This document shows, piece by piece, positions 61,001 to 64,000 of a DNA stretch of 64,000 nucleotides; within the stretch, counting starts at the first letter, position 1; each line of letters starts with the position of its first letter. The notes under the pieces are model-generated. The model made no database searches. It had not been told where the DNA came from and was given only the letters and a program-made list of their open reading frames with translations. The stretch comes from Amoebophrya sp. A120 (taxonomy: Eukaryota > Protista > Dinoflagellata), in the NCBI GenBank assembly GCA_905178155.1, contig CAJINV010000004.1, forward strand, positions 4,520,518 to 4,584,517, read 5' to 3'. A program made the position numbers and the translations under genes.

Positions 61001-63368
61001 ACGATCGTCCTCGACCACGGGGCCCCCGATGGAAACAAGAACGGCGCAACGTCGCGTCGTGGCGACTACGTGTGGGTCACGTTCAAGAACGGGAATCAAG
61101 CCTGGTTCCGGGCACCTAAGTACATTCGCGGGGGAGAAATTATCACCCAACTGAAATCTCCTGTGCTGAAACCAGTGGCTGTTGATGTTAGTACTCGAGG
61201 TCCTCTCGACGGGCGGGGACCGTTACAGCCGTTGGCCGCAGGGGACGAGGTGAAAGCAACTTGTTGTTCCATAATCGACAAGCAGGAGGAAGAACTGCCA
61301 GCGGTTGATATCACTCCAGCCCCGATCATCGCATCCAGCAACAGGGGTGTCTCTTCACTGCATCCAGAAGAGATTACAGGTGAGGTGGGAGCGTTTGTTA
61401 ACGTCAAGGGGTCCAGCACCTCGACTCCGAAGATCATCGATCCTCCCGAACATAATCTTCGAGATTCGCAGACAGACCAGAAAAACGGGAACCAACAAAA
61501 TACTAGTTTTAATATCCCAGCATTCCCATCCTCATCCAAGAAGAATTTGAATTATACCCGTTTTGATTCCCTTCCGCCACGGTTTTTCCGACTGAGCTGG
61601 GAAGAGTTTATTCGGGATCTACTAGACGGCTGGCTGGACGAGTACATAGTGCGAAACGCGTGCCAAGTAAAGGCGGACGCGGTGGTGGAAAACAAACTGC
61701 TGTTCGTGCGGGAGCAGGAAAAGCACATCGTCGGGGGAAACACGCTATGCAGTGCAAAAGTATCGCACTCGTATTGCAATCATGCATCACAAGTCTTTCG
61801 CTAAAAGGTAAATCAGCATTACAAATTTTATCTCTCACGCTGAGGAAATGCATTTATACGAGTGCGATACTTTTGCGATGCATACACGCCCGTGGCGTTG
61901 AGACAGGAGAATGAGAAGAAGTTGCAACATGTGCAGAAAGATCTGGACACCTGGTTTGCGGCGGAGCATGCGAAAAGAAAGGGCGTTGATGCTGTGTTGA
62001 ACAAAGGGGATGAAGAACATGAACACGACCAAAGCGGTAGTGCTGATGGGCGGGAAAGAACGAAGGAAATAATTCGGCTGAAGCACACCTGCTTTCCCAT
62101 CCCGCAGGTTGCCATAGCAATGATCATTGGGAATGAAGGTAAAAGCGTTATGTCTGCGGAGGTCGAATAGTAGAATTTACATTTTTTTAGAATGTTTGTC
62201 GTTCTTCGGCACCACCACCACGACATGCACAGTGGACGATTTCATCAATTTTTCGTCAATCCAGGTCGCACGGTGAACTGTTACGAGGAGAAGTCTGGGT
62301 GCTACATTGGCGTTCGGCACGAGAGCCTGTGCGGAAAGGCGTATGGCATTGTGGAGATTGTTGGGTTCGACGCGGAAATTATCTACGCCGTGGAAGAAGA
62401 CATTCACCAAATGGTGGACCGAGCGATAGAAATGTACTAAAGAGCCTTCACTTACTGTATTTAGCGCTGGTACTGCATCACTTGAATAGAGTACAACCTC
62501 TGGTGTCTTTCTGCGATTGCACGGTCCTGGAAGAGGATTATTGTGCATTATTTTCTCAAAGTAAGCTGCATTTCATCTCGCCTGCGCGTACCACTTATGC
62601 GTAATAATAGCGATGTGCTTGATCCTCGAAGATGAAATACATCACAGGAAAAGCAACCACCTTTTGACGGCTAACGACAACTTGACTCCGGCATCTCGCT
62701 TGCGGCAGGTGCAGGGAAATAGAATGAAGCGGACATCGAGCCAGAGGACTGCTTTTTTCGACAAGCGGAATACATCTGGTGAAGGCGATCGCGATCCTGA
62801 CGAGAAAAAGAATGCAAATACCGCTCCGGTAGAGGTGGACGAGATCGACCGGTTTGCCGGCACCAACGCTGGCGTGGCGCAGCAGCAGTGCATCCCGGAC
62901 AGTAGCCGCACGGGTAGTTGCAATATTCAATCTTCACCATGTGAAGATCATTCTGTGTCAGATGAAGCTGTTGACGGCTCCTCGCCGAGGTCCCCAGCGT
63001 CCAAGCGTGCCAAAAGCAACACCGGTCGCGCGGTGACTATGGTAGTTCAACGGAAAGAACCTACTTCTGACCAGAAAATTTCATCTGTGGCGACGTTGCA
63101 GAAAGAACAAGGCCTGGCGCTGCCCGATGTGCTGGATGAGCCTTGTTCATCAACATTTTCACGGCCGGGTACAACAACAGCCGGACCTGCTTCAAACGGA
63201 GCTGACAGCGAGGAGGTGGATGCTGCAACGGCGGTTGTACTTGCAAATTTGACTCAGGAGCAACGATCCACCAAGAAGATGAACTTGTGCCGAGATTATG
63301 ACGGCAGTAACGTGCCCAACAGGCAAGTTACCCAAAGGGTTACGGTTTTTTTTTTTCGGTGTAAATAA
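55063..63368 (+). CDS. Large low-complexity protein with a KH RNA-binding domain; 8 introners plus canonical introns
   Basis: Frame maintained through 8 element removals and GT-AG introns (57348-57470, about 62139-62264). KH signature FPIPQVAIAMIIGNEG|RTVNCYEEKSGCYI...VEIVG. The 3' end is uncertain. Confidence 0.75.
55918..56074. mobile_element. Introner family B
   Basis: TSD CTACG. Confidence 0.9.
56131..56291. mobile_element. Introner family G
   Basis: TSD ATGCT. Confidence 0.92.
56374..56624. mobile_element. Introner family A
   Basis: Perfect 31-bp TIR; TSD GCTCC. Confidence 0.95.
56663..56968. mobile_element. Introner family D
   Basis: TSD GGAGC. Confidence 0.93.
57945..58089. mobile_element. 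Introner family B
   Basis: TSD CAAGA. Confidence 0.93.
58131..58385. mobile_element. Introner family A
   Basis: TSD ccacc/ccaac. Confidence 0.87.
58435..58583. mobile_element. Introner family B (opposite orientation to 57945)
   Basis: TSD TGGTC. Confidence 0.93.
61746..61884. mobile_element. Introner family B
   Basis: TSD CACGC; removal joins GGNT|PVALRQ. Confidence 0.92.
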
Positions 63369-64000
63369 GCTAGTTATATATTAACTAGCTAGTAAAAGTG
63401 GTTTGCTTTTAGTTAGGTTAATGGCTTATCTATATAAGCCGTTTCTCAAGGCTTCCAGGACGCTACATCGCCGATATCCACCTCCACGGATCCGCCGCGG
63501 AACCCTAGCAAAAAACCGAGGAAGTGCCCCATGGCGTGGCGTCTGTCTACTGCCCAGGCTTTCCATTGTGCATGGCCTGCGGGAGGTTTGGCGCAGCTAG
63601 CCGCATCCAGGGGATGACTTCCGACAAGACGGCACGGTCGAAACGCAAAGCCGCGCGCCGTGCTTATGAGAAAAGGCTGAGCAGCGTGCCATCGGCTGCC
63701 ACGGGGGGCTTCGCCAAAAAGCACCCGCAAGCCAAGGGAAACATGCTCCGCAGGCCGCGGCCTGCAAAGCCGCAGGCGAGAGGCTGGGGCGCGAGGAGGG
63801 TCCGCGGGAGGGGGTCCACGCAGGGCCTCCAGAAGGGCATACTTTTACCCCTAGCCCCGACGCTGTGGTCGTTTTGTCCGTTGCCAAAAAGGGAGCATCT
63901 CGGAGGGGCATCGCGGACGGGGATCCCGGACTCTCGTGTTGTCCTGTGTGAGGTCAATCTGTCCAGGTAGGAACACAATGAAGCCGGGGCACTTTGGATA

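Noticed and set aside
343-63978. Numerous minus-strand ORFs
   Set aside because: Antisense shadows of + strand low-complexity exons, or translations of introners.
63340-64000. Possible left end of another transposon (palindromic AGCTAGTTA..TAACTAGCT, then GC-rich DNA)
   Set aside because: The other end lies outside the window; TIR and TSD cannot be confirmed.

Overview
Eukaryotic genomic DNA, most likely a parasitic syndinean dinoflagellate such as Amoebophrya. This is inferred from the all-plus-strand gene cluster, low-complexity divergent proteins, non-canonical introns bounded by inverted repeats, and TTTAGGG-like repeats; it is not verified by any search. About 9-10 protein genes all lie on the + strand: a coiled-coil/GAS2-like protein, a TM/IQ/Pro-rich protein, two possible cysteine proteases, a J-domain protein, two paralogous coiled-coil-TM-Cys proteins and a KH protein. 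The dominant signal is about 30 short (139-431 bp) mobile insertions from at least 10 sequence families. They almost all have TA(T)...(A)TA terminal inverted repeats (TIRs), a 5-bp target-site duplication (TSD) and a recurring GCATNACAAA motif. For intragenic copies, removing the element plus one TSD copy restores the reading frame exactly, although most cannot form GT/GC-AG ends in any register. They are introner-like non-canonical introns. Larger non-autonomous DNA transposons, nested insertions and perfect palindromes are also present. All coordinates were read by eye.
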